From Candidatus Latescibacterota bacterium (GTDB taxonomy: Bacteria; Latescibacterota; UBA2968; UBA8231), in NCBI GenBank assembly GCA_965203355.1, contig OZ241889.1:192001-256000 (forward strand): 64,000 bases of DNA. Reading direction: 5' to 3'. The notes under the pieces were generated by a model that saw only the letters and a program-made list of their open reading frames with translations, was not told where the DNA came from and did not search any database. The position numbers were made by a program, and so were the translations under genes. Positions 10,145-20,547 of this stretch are shown piece after piece. The first letter of the stretch is position 1. Each line of letters starts with the position of its first letter.

Positions 10145-10833
10145 GTCGCATCGTCTTCCATGTGCAACACACCTGCTTCTATGCGCCCCCGGCGATCCAT
10201 GCTCTGGGCCAATTTGCGGTCGTGAGTCATCACCACAAAAGCCTGTCCGCGCTCTCGGGCCAACCCGGCGAGCAGTTGATGCAGCGACTCGCTGGCCGTC
10301 TCGTCGAGATTGCCCGATGGCTCATCGGCCAGCACGATCAACGGCTCGTTGACCAGCGCGCGCACCATGGCCACCCGCTGGCATTCGCCGCCCGACAGGG
10401 CCCCAGGCCGGTGGTGCAAGCGGTCCGCTAGTCCGACGGAATTCATCAAATCAAGGGCCTCCTTGCGGCGCTCGACGCCAGCGACCCGCGCCGGCAGCAA
10501 GACGTTTTCCAGCGCGGTAAATTCCGGCAGCAGATAGTGAAATTGGAATACGAAACCAAGGTGCCGATTGCGGAAGCGCGACAGCGCCTGATCTTCGAGG
10601 TTGAGCACGTCAATACCGGCAATCCGCAATTGGCCAGCCGTCGGCAGGTCGAGCGTACCCAACAGGTGCAGCAAGGTGCTTTTGCCAACACCGGATTCAC
10701 CCATCACCGCCACCAACTCACCCGGTCGCACGGCTAAGTCCACGCCTTTGAGTACTTCCAAGCCCGTGCCGCCGGTGTCGAACACCTTGCACAAACCGCG
10801 CGCTTCGAGGATGATGTCGGCCTGTTTCACCAT
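10141..10833 (-). CDS. lolD: Lipoprotein-releasing ABC transporter ATPase
   Basis: GESGVGKST, GFVFQFHYLLPEFTALEN, LSGGECQR. Confidence 0.9.
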   Translation of the reverse strand: MVKQADIILEARGLCKVFDTGGTGLEVLKGVDLAVRPGELVAVMGESGVGKSTLLHLLGTLDLPTAGQLRIAGIDVLNLEDQALSRFRNRHLGFVFQFHYLLPEFTALENVLLPARVAGVERRKEALDLMNSVGLADRLHHRPGALSGGECQRVAMVRALVNEPLIVLADEPSGNLDETASESLHQLLAGLARERGQAFVVMTHDRKLAQSMDRRGRIEAGVLHMEDDAT

Positions 10834-10834
10834 T

Positions 10835-12100
10835 TTACATTATATACCGAATGGCTTCTACGGGCATCAACCCCGCGGCCTTGCGCGCCGGATAAATCGA
10901 CGTCGCCAAGCAGATAACCATGCTAATCGCCGCTACCAGTGCAAAGTCCACGACATCCATATCCACGGGCAACGAACTGATAAAATACATGTCCCCGGGA
11001 ATGGAAATCAGCGCAAAGCGCTGTTGGGCTGAACAGAGCGCAAAACCGATCAAGCAGCCCAAGAAGGTGCCAATGCCACCAATGACCAAGCCCTGATAGA
11101 TGAAGATGCGGTAAATCTCGCCCACGGTGCAACCAATCGTCCGCAAGATGCCGATCTCGGGCGTCTTGACCAGCACCGACATAACTAGAATCGACATGAT
11201 GTTAAAAGCAGCGACCAGCACGATGAGGCTCAGCGCGAGGAAGATTGCCCATTTTTCCAACTCGATCCAGCGGAAGAACTCGGGAAAAAGCTGGGTCCAA
11301 TCGCGCACTTGATAGGGATAACCCAACTCCTCGGCTAGGCGGTCGCGGATCTCAGGTGCTTGGTAGATGTCTGCGACGTGGATGTGGATATCAGTAATCG
11401 CATCGCCCAATTCGAGCATGCGCTGGGCGTCCTCTAGGTGAATAAAAGCATAGTTGTCATCGTACTGGTACATGCCGCTTTCAAAGTGATCGGTCACAAA
11501 AAAGGACCACGGACGCGGTGAGAAGCCGTCCATCACGGCTGCCTCCACATCGAGATTCTGCACCGTCATCAGCAACACTTCAGAACCCGGCCCCACGTGC
11601 AAACGCCGCGCCAAGTACTCGCCGAGGACAATCCCCCGCTTATTTAGCTCGGCGAGCAAGCCGAGGCGCAGTTGACCTGCTGGATTGGCGTAGCTCAGGT
11701 GTTCGGTCAGGTCGGAAACCGCTGGAAAGGTCCCCGGATCAACGCCCCACACGGGAATGCCATCGACCCGGCCCAAATCGAGCTGCGAAGCAATAATGAC
11801 CTTGAAATCCACGACCCCGGCCGTGCCCACGACCCCGGCCGCGCCGTTCACCTGCTGCAACAGCGCATCCCAATCCGCGATGGGGCCGCCGTCAAAGCGG
11901 CGAATGTTCACGTGGGCGTTCATGCCGATCAGTCGGTTTTTGACTTCGCCGGCAAAACCATTGGTCACCGAGAGAATGATCACCAAAGCCGCAACCCCCA
12001 AGATCACCCCACCGACGGCCACATAGGCGATGACCGAGAAGAAGCCCTCGCGCTGCTTGGAACGCAGGTAGCGGCCAGCGACAAACAAAGCAATGCTCAC
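10835..12100 (-). CDS. Lipoprotein-releasing ABC transporter permease LolC/E
   Basis: RYLRSK..FFSVI N-terminus, VAAFNIMSIL, PARKAA..PVEAIRY C-terminus. Likely start is GTG at 12100, overlapping the prfB stop. Confidence 0.9.
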   Translation of the reverse strand: MSIALFVAGRYLRSKQREGFFSVIAYVAVGGVILGVAALVIILSVTNGFAGEVKNRLIGMNAHVNIRRFDGGPIADWDALLQQVNGAAGVVGTAGVVDFKVIIASQLDLGRVDGIPVWGVDPGTFPAVSDLTEHLSYANPAGQLRLGLLAELNKRGIVLGEYLARRLHVGPGSEVLLMTVQNLDVEAAVMDGFSPRPWSFFVTDHFESGMYQYDDNYAFIHLEDAQRMLELGDAITDIHIHVADIYQAPEIRDRLAEELGYPYQVRDWTQLFPEFFRWIELEKWAIFLALSLIVLVAAFNIMSILVMSVLVKTPEIGILRTIGCTVGEIYRIFIYQGLVIGGIGTFLGCLIGFALCSAQQRFALISIPGDMYFISSLPVDMDVVDFALVAAISMVICLATSIYPARKAAGLMPVEAIRYIM

Positions 12101-13192
12101 GTTGGTCCCTCGGTCAAATAGGCCCGGATAAATCGGTCGATGTCGCCGTCCATTACCGCTTGGACATTGGCCGTTTCGCAAGCGGTGCGGTGATCTTTGA
12201 CTACGGTGTATGGATGAAACACATAGGAGCGGATCTGCGACCCGAAGTCAATGCTCTTCTTGGTGCTCTCCACCGCAAGCTGCTTCTGCTTCTGTTCATC
12301 CCTGAGGCGCTGGTACAGACGCGCCTTCAGCACCTTAAACGCAGTGGCCTTGTTCTTGAACTGCGAGCGCTCGTTTTGGCATTGGACGACAAGGCCGGTG
12401 GGCAGATGCGTGAGCCGCACGGCCGAGGCGGTCTTGTTCACGTGTTGACCGCCCGCGCCCCCGGAGCGGTAGGTTTCGACCTTCACGTCCTCGTCGTTGA
12501 TATCCACCTCGATATCGTCTTCGACCTCTGGATAGACAAATACCGAAGCAAACGAAGTGTGCCGGCGACGATTCGTATCAAACGGCGAGAGCCGCACTAG
12601 GCGATGGACGCCCGCCTCGGCTTTGAGGTGGCCATACGCATAATCCCCTCTAATCTCAATGGTTGCGCCTTTGATGCCGGCTTCCTCGGCCGGCTGCAGA
12701 TCCACGACTGTACATTCCATGCCATGACGCTCGGTCCAGCGCGTGTACAAGCGCATCAACATCGACGCCCATTCGGCCGCGTCCGTGCCGCCCGCGCCCG
12801 AGTGAATGACGAGAATCGCGTTCTTGGAGTCGGCCTCATCGTTGAGCATCGTGCGGAATTCCAATTCGCCGATGTCCTGCATGGCGCGTTCGACCTCGGC
12901 TTCGACCTCGGTCAGCGCTTCTGCATCGTCCTCTTCGGCCGCCATCTGCCGCAGCTGACCCAAGTCCTCCAACTGCGCGTCCAAGGTCTCCCAATCCGCG
13001 ATGGTGTCCTTGAGGATGCGCACTGTCTTGCCGACGGATTCGGCCTGTCGCCTATCGTTCCAAAAGTCCGCGGCCACCATGCGCTTCTCTAGCGCGGCCA
13101 ACTCTTCCTTCTTACCGCTTATGTCAAAGATACCCCCGCAGCCGCTCTAGCTGCTGCCGTCCACTTGTCAACTGTTCCTCAATCGTGGCCAT
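12097..13192 (-). CDS. prfB: Peptide chain release factor 2 (programmed +1 frameshift)
   Basis: GGQ and SPF motifs. Upstream frame MATIEEQLTSGRQQLERLRGYL from ATG 13192 ends at CTT-TGA-C and joins the main ORF by a +1 shift. Confidence 0.96.
13123..13138 (-). promoter_or_regulatory. RF2 programmed frameshift site
   Basis: CGGGGG-TAT-CTT-TGA-C: internal SD-like run plus slippery CTT TGA C. Confidence 0.93.
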
Positions 13193-13724
13193 TGTCATCT
13201 TCCTCGGTTTCGTAGTAGCGATCAAAAAGGAGACTTTCGTGCTTGCGTTCAGCGGGTATTTCAAAAAGTAGCTGCCCCTCGTACACCTTGCCCTTGGTCC
13301 CCTTTAGCTGGTCGGTGTGCGCAATAAAAAACGGCGAGCGCGACAGCGGGTAGTACCGCCGCCCTTGGCCGTCAACGAGCTGAAAACAGCGCGGCACAAT
13401 CGCCCACGCAAGCTGCAAATTCACCTGCAAACGCACATCAACGAGCACGAACTTATGGCCCTCGTCAGGCGGACCGTGAAAAAAGTGCATGTAGCGCACC
13501 CCGTCCGCGGGCACCGTCAGGGCAACCTGATTGTTGATGTTGGCGAACAGATTGGTCAGGTTCTCCAGTTTATCCGCCGATCCGCCCGTCAAGCTCACCC
13601 CAATGTAGATGGGCACAAAGAGGCTCACGCCACCCAAGACGACGCGGTTGAGCATCCGCAGGCGTTTGTTAAACTGCTTCTTGCGCTCTTTTGCCGGGAG
13701 CACCATGGCGTTTCCCCAAAGCAC
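13179..13724 (-). CDS. DUF4352-like membrane-anchored Ig-fold protein
   Basis: One TM helix, then PDEGHKFVLVDV..FQLVDGQGRRY..GQLLFEIP pattern. Confidence 0.65.
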   Translation of the reverse strand: MLWGNAMVLPAKERKKQFNKRLRMLNRVVLGGVSLFVPIYIGVSLTGGSADKLENLTNLFANINNQVALTVPADGVRYMHFFHGPPDEGHKFVLVDVRLQVNLQLAWAIVPRCFQLVDGQGRRYYPLSRSPFFIAHTDQLKGTKGKVYEGQLLFEIPAERKHESLLFDRYYETEEDDNGHD

Positions 13725-15437
13725 CTAGCGCACAAGGGCGATTTTGCCCAAGCGACTGCGGCTGGGCAGCCGCAGTTGATAGAAGTACATCCCGTTGGCC
13801 ATGGCCCGGCCTGGCATCCAACGCGGGGCGCGGCCCGGCCCGTCGTGCCTGCCCGGCCACAGGTACCAACGCTCGGTGAACACCAATCGGCCCGCTAGGT
13901 CAAAAACGCTCAACTCGACAAAGCCGCGCTCGGCTAGCTGCACTGGAAAATGCACCACCCCGTCCCGGGCTGGATTGGGAAAAGGCGCCAACAGGCGGTC
14001 CGCCTCCGGCGGCACCTCGTCGAGGCCACTGGCCGCCCACGCGTTTATCTGCCCCCAGCCATACACCGTGTCGGGACCAGCGGTTCCCAAGTCCAACGCG
14101 GTCGAGCGCAAAGCCGCCATCACTTGGTCCGGTCCCCATTCGGGATTTTTTTGCAACAATAAGGCGCAAACCCCGCTCACCAAGGGCGTAGCAAAGGAAG
14201 TGCCGCCCCGGCGCACATAGCCACCGCCCCGCAGATCCGCGACCACCACGCCGCTGCCGGGCGCGACTACATCCGGCTTGATCCGGCCATCAGCCGTCGG
14301 TCCCCGCGAGCTAAAGGAGGCAATCTGCGGTGCATGCGCCGCACTGCCGGGCACATCTACCGCGCCCACCGCAATCGCGCCGGCGGCGTCCGCTGGCATC
14401 GTTATGTAGTGCCAATCCACGTTGGCCTCATTGCCTGCGCCCACGACCACCACGATGCCGCGCCGCACCGCCAGCTCCGCCGCCACGCTCGTCAGCGCGG
14501 TTTGTCCGTCCAGATCCGCTGGCGAGTAACCCGTGCCGTCGTCCCAGCGATTGTAGCCCAATGAACTGTTGACCACCTGCGCTCCCAAGCTGTCGGCCCA
14601 TTCCAAACCGGCGACCCAGCGATCCTCCTCCGAGGGCATTTCGGGCAAGTTGTCGTCTAGTTCGGTCTTGGCCAAGATGTACTCAGCGTCGGGTGCCACG
14701 CCGACAAAGTGACCGGGCTGATAGCCTGCCAACAGAGAAAGTACTTGCGCACCGTGCAAATTTTGGCTACCGCTCATTTCGTCGCCCGTGATGGGTTGGT
14801 TGGCTTCATCGCTGACAATCTCGTCGCTATTGACAAAGTCGCGCTGGGCCACCACGCGAATGGAGGCGAAGGCCGCGTGTTCGACGTAGTGGAAACCGTT
14901 GTCGAGCAAGGCCACGCGCACCCCAGCACCCGTCAGACCTCGGTCGTGTAGAGGAGGAACGGCGATTTGAGCTAGTTGCTCAAAGGCGAGGCCATAATGG
15001 CTTTGCTGCAACTTAGGACTGACAAACAGCGCGGGCGGCGATGGCTTGGGCCGCTGCAAGCGCTGCACGGGCCGGGTTGCGACGACAAAGTCCGCCTTCT
15101 GCACTCGATGCTGTACCTCGGGCGAAACCCGCGCACTGACCGCGTTGAGCCAACGCGAGGAAAAGCGCACGGCCACTCCCATCTCCCGCAGCCGCTCGAT
15201 GTAGCGTGGGCTGATGGGCAGGTCCAGCTCCGCGTCCGTATGACCAGCCCCCAAATCCACCCAAGCGATGCGCCGTCCCTCGGCATCCGTTTTGTCGCGC
15301 AACAAAATCCAGATACTCTGATCCGCTGCAACCGCCAAGGCCCCCGCGTGTACCAGCAGAGCCGCGCACCACCACACTTTCTTACTCAACAGGAGGTTCC
15401 CTAGTGTCCAGCACCTCCACCCCCTCTGGTATCGCAA
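13725..15437 (-). CDS. Secreted S8 subtilisin-family peptidase with FlgD-like/T9SS-type CTD
   Basis: Triad motifs LLDNGF, HGAQVLS, GTSFATP; C-terminal PFPNP..FDLAGRLV..ANGMYFY..KIALVR. True start is probably near 15389. Confidence 0.9.
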   Translation of the reverse strand: MRYQRGWRCWTLGNLLLSKKVWWCAALLVHAGALAVAADQSIWILLRDKTDAEGRRIAWVDLGAGHTDAELDLPISPRYIERLREMGVAVRFSSRWLNAVSARVSPEVQHRVQKADFVVATRPVQRLQRPKPSPPALFVSPKLQQSHYGLAFEQLAQIAVPPLHDRGLTGAGVRVALLDNGFHYVEHAAFASIRVVAQRDFVNSDEIVSDEANQPITGDEMSGSQNLHGAQVLSLLAGYQPGHFVGVAPDAEYILAKTELDDNLPEMPSEEDRWVAGLEWADSLGAQVVNSSLGYNRWDDGTGYSPADLDGQTALTSVAAELAVRRGIVVVVGAGNEANVDWHYITMPADAAGAIAVGAVDVPGSAAHAPQIASFSSRGPTADGRIKPDVVAPGSGVVVADLRGGGYVRRGGTSFATPLVSGVCALLLQKNPEWGPDQVMAALRSTALDLGTAGPDTVYGWGQINAWAASGLDEVPPEADRLLAPFPNPARDGVVHFPVQLAERGFVELSVFDLAGRLVFTERWYLWPGRHDGPGRAPRWMPGRAMANGMYFYQLRLPSRSRLGKIALVR

Positions 15438-16026
15438 AAGAAAAGACCTCGTCGGCTATCTTCCTGTTGGCGCGATGATCCCTAAGAACGTACGTAGTGC
15501 GATTGCCATTGACCTCGCGCTGCTCGACTTGCAGCAGAATCCACCCCCTAGGATCCACCCAAATCCGCATCTGTTCGACCACAGACGCTTCGTTTTCCGG
15601 TGCCGCGATCAGCAAATAGCAGGGCCGGCCCCCCAACGCACTTTCCTCCACCGCAATGGGCACATAGCGCTCGGTATAGTCGAAAAACACTTCCCACGGG
15701 GTCTTTATTTCCGCTTCGTAAGGGCTGATCACCACTTGGCCGTTCTGCACGACATACGACCAGACGGCCTGGCCATCAGCCACCACCACATCGCCGCCTT
15801 CTAGCTCGATGCGGAAGCGGTTCGGGCGGCGCAAATAGAGCCGCCCCTCGCGGCTGGAGTACTTGTCCAGCACGGCCCAGTAGAATTGCTTTTCAAAACG
15901 GGCTGAAAACGTCTTGTAGCTAGCGAGGCGCTTTTGCACCCTAGCGATGATTTCTTCGCCGCTCTGTCCAAGAGCGGTGCTCGCCGCCAAGCACATACAA
16001 GAAACGGCCCACAACCACAGTCTCAT
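15382..16026 (-). CDS. lolA: Outer-membrane lipoprotein carrier LolA
   Basis: Signal peptide; FSARFEK, G.LYLRRPNRFR, VADGQAVWSY, F.F.IPEGVEV motifs; follows ftsK. Confidence 0.85.
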   Translation of the reverse strand: MRLWLWAVSCMCLAASTALGQSGEEIIARVQKRLASYKTFSARFEKQFYWAVLDKYSSREGRLYLRRPNRFRIELEGGDVVVADGQAVWSYVVQNGQVVISPYEAEIKTPWEVFFDYTERYVPIAVEESALGGRPCYLLIAAPENEASVVEQMRIWVDPRGWILLQVEQREVNGNRTTYVLRDHRANRKIADEVFSFAIPEGVEVLDTREPPVE

Positions 16027-18302
16027 TCTTTTGCGTACTCCTCTTCCGCGCGCTCGAGGAGAATCTCGCGCGGCTTTGCCCCAACGATCGGCCCGACGAT
16101 ACCGGCGGCCTCCAACTCGTCCATCAAACGCGCGGCGCGGGAATAACCCACTTTCAAGCGCCGCTGCAAAAACGAGGTGGAGGCCTGCTGGTGTTCGCAG
16201 ACTAAGCGCACGGCATCGTCGAAAAGGTCGTCGCGCACATCGGCAACCGCGTTAATATCCGGCTGCTCGGAAAACACCGCAACTTCCTCGGCCTCGTACT
16301 GGCTCTCTTTTAATGCCGCGACCAAACGCTCGGTTTCCTCGCCGGAAATAAAGGCTCCGTGGACGCGGAGCGGCTCGCCTTGACCGCTCGGCAAAAAGAG
16401 CATATCGCCCATCCCCAACAGCCGCTCAGCCCCGTTGAGATCGAGAATCGTGCGCGAGTCCGTCTTTGACGCCACTTGGAAGGCAATGCGCGACGGGAAG
16501 TTGGCCTTGATTACTCCGGTAATCACGTTCACCGAAGGCCGCTGGGTCGCCAAAATGATGTGAATGCCCACAGCGCGCGACTTCTGCGCCAAACCCATCA
16601 GTGAGGTCTCCACCTCAGCGGGAGCCGTCAGCATCAAATCGGCAAATTCGTCGATTACTATCACGATGTAAGCCAGCGGCTTCTCAGGCTCAACGCCGTC
16701 TTCTGCGGCCTCGGCTTGGACGCACGCCAGCTTGGCGTTGTAGTCGGACAGATTGCGCACCCCCAGTTTGGCCAGTTTCTGGTAGCGAGTTTCCATTTCG
16801 GCTACCGCCCACTTCAGGGCCTCGGCGGCCTTTTTCGGCTCGGTGATAACCGGCACCAGCAAATGCGGTATATCGTTGTACATCGTCAATTCGACGACCT
16901 TGGGATCCACCATGATAAAGCGCACTTCGTCCGGCGTGGCCTTGAGGAGGATACTGCAAATTAGGCTGTTCAGGCACACGCTCTTGCCAGCCCCGGTGGC
17001 ACCGGCGACCAATAGATGAGGCATTTTAGCCAGATCTGCGGCGCACGGCTCGCCCGAAATAGTCTTGCCCAGCGCCATGACCAGCTTGGAATCCGACCGG
17101 CCAAACACCTCGTCTTCGATGATCTCGCGCAAGTAAACGGTCTCCCGCTCCTGATTGGCAATCTCCACCCCCACCACGGATTTGCCCGGCACTGGTGCTT
17201 GAATGCGAATGCCTTTGGCACTCATCACGCGCGCGAGATCGTCCGAAAGCGCGGCAATGCGATTGACCTTGACGCCAAGGGCCGGCTCTACCTCGTAGCG
17301 GGTCACTACCGGCCCGGGACTTACCTCTACGACCTTGCTGGCCACGTCGAAATTGTCCAACGCACTCTCCAGCAGCTTGGCGTTTTCCAGCAAGGTCTCC
17401 TTGGATACACCGCTACGGCTGGCCGGGATTTCGTCTAACAACGCAGAACTCGGGATTTCGTAACGACCCCCGGCTGGCTTGCGGGCTGGCTCTGGTATAG
17501 CTGCGGCTGCAACCGCCGGTTCCTTTTTCTTTTGGCGCACCCGTCGCTCAACGCGCACTGGTTCCTGCACCCGAGGCTCCGCTGCGTCAACCTGTTCAAC
17601 CATTGGCTTCCAAGGGGCTGCATCCTCGACCCGAGGCACCGCACTGATCTCAGGTCTCATTTCTCGCGCCATAGCGGTTTCGTCCCGTTCCCGTTTTGCG
17701 GCTTTGCTCTTGTGTATAGCCGGGAGCAGTTTCCGCAGCCGCCCGAGCAGCCGCCAAACCATCGCCAAACCATCGCCCAGCCACGCCAACAATCGCCAGT
17801 TCAGACCGGGGGTCAAAATCACCGCAACCACAAAAAGCGCACCCAGCAAAACCGCCGACCCTAGCCTCCCTAGGTACGGTATGAGGATATCCAAACTGAT
17901 CTGAGTTCCCAGCACACCGCCCAGCTCAAAGGCCGTGTGCGGCGAATAGTCGGGCAGACCGGTAGCGACGCTAATAAAGACAGCCATGAGTAAAAGGCCC
18001 ACACTGCGCTGCACCGCAAGAGCCACCGGCTGGCACCGCACCCTATTCCAACCCCACAGCAACAAAAGCACAGGCCAGACATACGCAGCCCATCCCATGC
18101 CCACAAAGGCCCCATACGACGCATACGCACCAATCCGCCCCCCCCAATTCAAACTCTCCGCCACCGAGCGGCTCGAATTAGGAGGATCTAGCTCCTCATA
18201 GGATATCAAGCAGACAAGCAAAAACGCGCCGAGGCCAAGGAGGAGGACCCCTAGTGCTTGGGGTCTCTTATCGCCTTCGGACGTATGTAAAAACTCGAAC
18301 AT
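16023..18302 (-). CDS. ftsK: DNA translocase FtsK
   Basis: N-terminal TM domain, PHLLVAGATGAGKS, IDEFADLM, LATQRPS, gamma domain LQRRLKVGYSRAARLMDELE. Start approximate. Confidence 0.96.
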   Translation of the reverse strand: MFEFLHTSEGDKRPQALGVLLLGLGAFLLVCLISYEELDPPNSSRSVAESLNWGGRIGAYASYGAFVGMGWAAYVWPVLLLLWGWNRVRCQPVALAVQRSVGLLLMAVFISVATGLPDYSPHTAFELGGVLGTQISLDILIPYLGRLGSAVLLGALFVVAVILTPGLNWRLLAWLGDGLAMVWRLLGRLRKLLPAIHKSKAAKRERDETAMAREMRPEISAVPRVEDAAPWKPMVEQVDAAEPRVQEPVRVERRVRQKKKEPAVAAAAIPEPARKPAGGRYEIPSSALLDEIPASRSGVSKETLLENAKLLESALDNFDVASKVVEVSPGPVVTRYEVEPALGVKVNRIAALSDDLARVMSAKGIRIQAPVPGKSVVGVEIANQERETVYLREIIEDEVFGRSDSKLVMALGKTISGEPCAADLAKMPHLLVAGATGAGKSVCLNSLICSILLKATPDEVRFIMVDPKVVELTMYNDIPHLLVPVITEPKKAAEALKWAVAEMETRYQKLAKLGVRNLSDYNAKLACVQAEAAEDGVEPEKPLAYIVIVIDEFADLMLTAPAEVETSLMGLAQKSRAVGIHIILATQRPSVNVITGVIKANFPSRIAFQVASKTDSRTILDLNGAERLLGMGDMLFLPSGQGEPLRVHGAFISGEETERLVAALKESQYEAEEVAVFSEQPDINAVADVRDDLFDDAVRLVCEHQQASTSFLQRRLKVGYSRAARLMDELEAAGIVGPIVGAKPREILLERAEEEYAKE

Positions 18303-18405
18303 AGAGCCGCAGACTCCGCTAGTACCTAGGCTGGAAAGCAATCAGATTGGCAAGGGGATTAACGAAAAATAAGCAAAAACGCGGCTTTTTGCATCTTGCG
18401 GCGCG

Positions 18406-20547
18406 TCAGATCATGCCGCTGCGCTTCCGTCCAAACCACTCAACAGCCAACAGGGCCGTAGCCAAAAGCGCGGGCCACAGCGGCCCCCACAGCGGCAAAA
18501 CCTCGGCCTTTTCGACCCAATGCTTGCGCGGCGCAAGCTGTTCCAGCATGTCCTCCCAGTCCGCAAGCGAATAGGCGCGACCACCGCTGGCGCGGGCCAA
18601 CTCGCCCAAGAGCAATGGGTCGGCGCGCAAATCCCCAAGCTCAACGCTGTACTCTTCGACGACAAAGCGACCCGTAGCCGCACCTACCGCGGCTTGGTCC
18701 ACTGCGGCCCGGACTTCGTATTCATACGTGCCGGGCGCCAGCCCACTAGCGACGCCTCGGTAGTGTCCAGCTCCTTGTGATTGCAAATCGAACGCTTCCC
18801 GCCCGGCTAGCGCGACCTGTACCGTCGCTCCCGGTTGTGGCTTCAGCAGCTCGTCGAAAACCTGTACCGCGAAAATCACTTCCTCGCCCGCCCGGTACAC
18901 AGGTCGCTCCGTCGAGGCACGGACCCGCCCGCCCGGAGCGTCAAGCGCGAGCCACTTGGCAGCGTCACGCCAGAACGCACGAATGGTCTGCGGCTGGCCA
19001 TTGACGCCGCTGCTCATCAGATCAAGCCGCCAAAAAGACGCGGATAGGGCCGCGAGTACCTTGCCAGCGCCATAAACACCCGCAACTATCACAGGCTCGC
19101 CGGCGGCGCTCTCGACCAGCACGGTGGTTCCCGGCCGCTGCTGCGCCGTGCGAAAGTAGCCTGGCAGTGGCGGCAACCGCAGCCACGGGTCATCCGCCCC
19201 TGCGGGCGGGCGCACGACCGGATGGTGCCGCCCGCCCGCGCTGAGCCGCAACAAGACCTCGCCCGGCACAAAGGGCATAGGGCCAGCCACCTGAAGCGGC
19301 ATGAGCGCAGCCAACGGCGAGTCGGCACGCCAAGCCCGCGCCATCTTGGGACCTCCGACGACGAGCAAACCGGCGCCGGCGTACACGTGCTGTACCAACG
19401 CAGCAGCGGGTGGGCCTTTGAGCAGCCACGCGCCCGGATTCACCAGCAGCACCACATCCCGGCCCTGCAAAACAGCCGGACTCCACGCGCCGCCGTAGAA
19501 CGCGCCCGGGTCCCGCTGAGTCATGGCCTCTACTACCCAACTTGAATCTGCGCTTAAACTGCGGTGCAAAAAGGCCAAGTCCTCGCTAGGACCTCCGGCT
19601 AGCAACAGCACCCGCGTACGCCCGGCGAGAATGTGAGTAAACGCGAGGGCCTCGTTGTCTGCGGTCGCAAATTCCCCGGCCACGGGCGCAATGGCCACGC
19701 GAAAAATGCGCGGCCCAGCCTGCTGGGGCGTCACTGCAAAGGAAACGCGCTGCACCTGTCCATCGCCGGCCAACAGCAGCGATTGTCTCTGAAGCAATCG
19801 CTCGCCCTCGTAGAGCCGGACTTCCACGCGCTGTCCCTCGTATCCCCAACTCCGCACCTCGGCGTCAACTGGCTGGCTCTGACCGACGTATCCAGTTTCG
19901 GCCGTGCGCACGTCCACTAGCTGGATATCAACCGGGACCTCCGTGCCCCCTACGCCAAGCGCGTACACGGGCACACCCAATTCCGCGCCCAGTTGTACCG
20001 GGTCGCGGCCCAAATTGTGGCCTCCGTCGGAGAATAGGACCACGCCTCGTACGCGCTCCCGCTCGGTGACCGCCTCCAAGCTAGTGACGAGGGCGCGGCC
20101 TATATTGGTCGCCTGACCGCGAGTAACTGCGGTCGCAACCGTATCAAGCGCGAACGGATACGCGGATTCGGCAAATCCCCAAGCGCGGACTTCGGCCTGT
20201 TCCAAGCGCACCGCCCACCCCTCGTCGTCCAGCACGGCCGCCACTTGTTGTAGTCGCGTATCAGGCCCGTCGGCTACCCCCATGCTCGGGCTGGTATCGA
20301 CCAACACCAACACCAGCGGCCGGATGACCTGCTGGTGCCACCACGTCAAAACCGGCTCGCACAACACCATAGTTAGCAAAGCCACGGACGCGGAGCGCAA
20401 CACCACGAGCACCATGCGACGCTTGGGATCAACCTGCGGATACGTCCGCTGATACACCCAATAAACGAATGCGAGTAGGAAGGGCAGCAGGACGAGGAAT
20501 ACGTGCGGTCCCGCCAACTGTAGATGGCTATCCGACCACTCAGACAC
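18406..20547 (-). CDS. Membrane-anchored VWA-domain protein with glutamine-amidotransferase-like domain
   Basis: N-terminal TMs, DTSPSM MIDAS-like motif, LFSDG, VPVYALGVG, C-terminal TM ending EWFGRKRSGMI. Likely GTG start at 20547. Confidence 0.75.
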   Translation of the reverse strand: MSEWSDSHLQLAGPHVFLVLLPFLLAFVYWVYQRTYPQVDPKRRMVLVVLRSASVALLTMVLCEPVLTWWHQQVIRPLVLVLVDTSPSMGVADGPDTRLQQVAAVLDDEGWAVRLEQAEVRAWGFAESAYPFALDTVATAVTRGQATNIGRALVTSLEAVTERERVRGVVLFSDGGHNLGRDPVQLGAELGVPVYALGVGGTEVPVDIQLVDVRTAETGYVGQSQPVDAEVRSWGYEGQRVEVRLYEGERLLQRQSLLLAGDGQVQRVSFAVTPQQAGPRIFRVAIAPVAGEFATADNEALAFTHILAGRTRVLLLAGGPSEDLAFLHRSLSADSSWVVEAMTQRDPGAFYGGAWSPAVLQGRDVVLLVNPGAWLLKGPPAAALVQHVYAGAGLLVVGGPKMARAWRADSPLAALMPLQVAGPMPFVPGEVLLRLSAGGRHHPVVRPPAGADDPWLRLPPLPGYFRTAQQRPGTTVLVESAAGEPVIVAGVYGAGKVLAALSASFWRLDLMSSGVNGQPQTIRAFWRDAAKWLALDAPGGRVRASTERPVYRAGEEVIFAVQVFDELLKPQPGATVQVALAGREAFDLQSQGAGHYRGVASGLAPGTYEYEVRAAVDQAAVGAATGRFVVEEYSVELGDLRADPLLLGELARASGGRAYSLADWEDMLEQLAPRKHWVEKAEVLPLWGPLWPALLATALLAVEWFGRKRSGMI

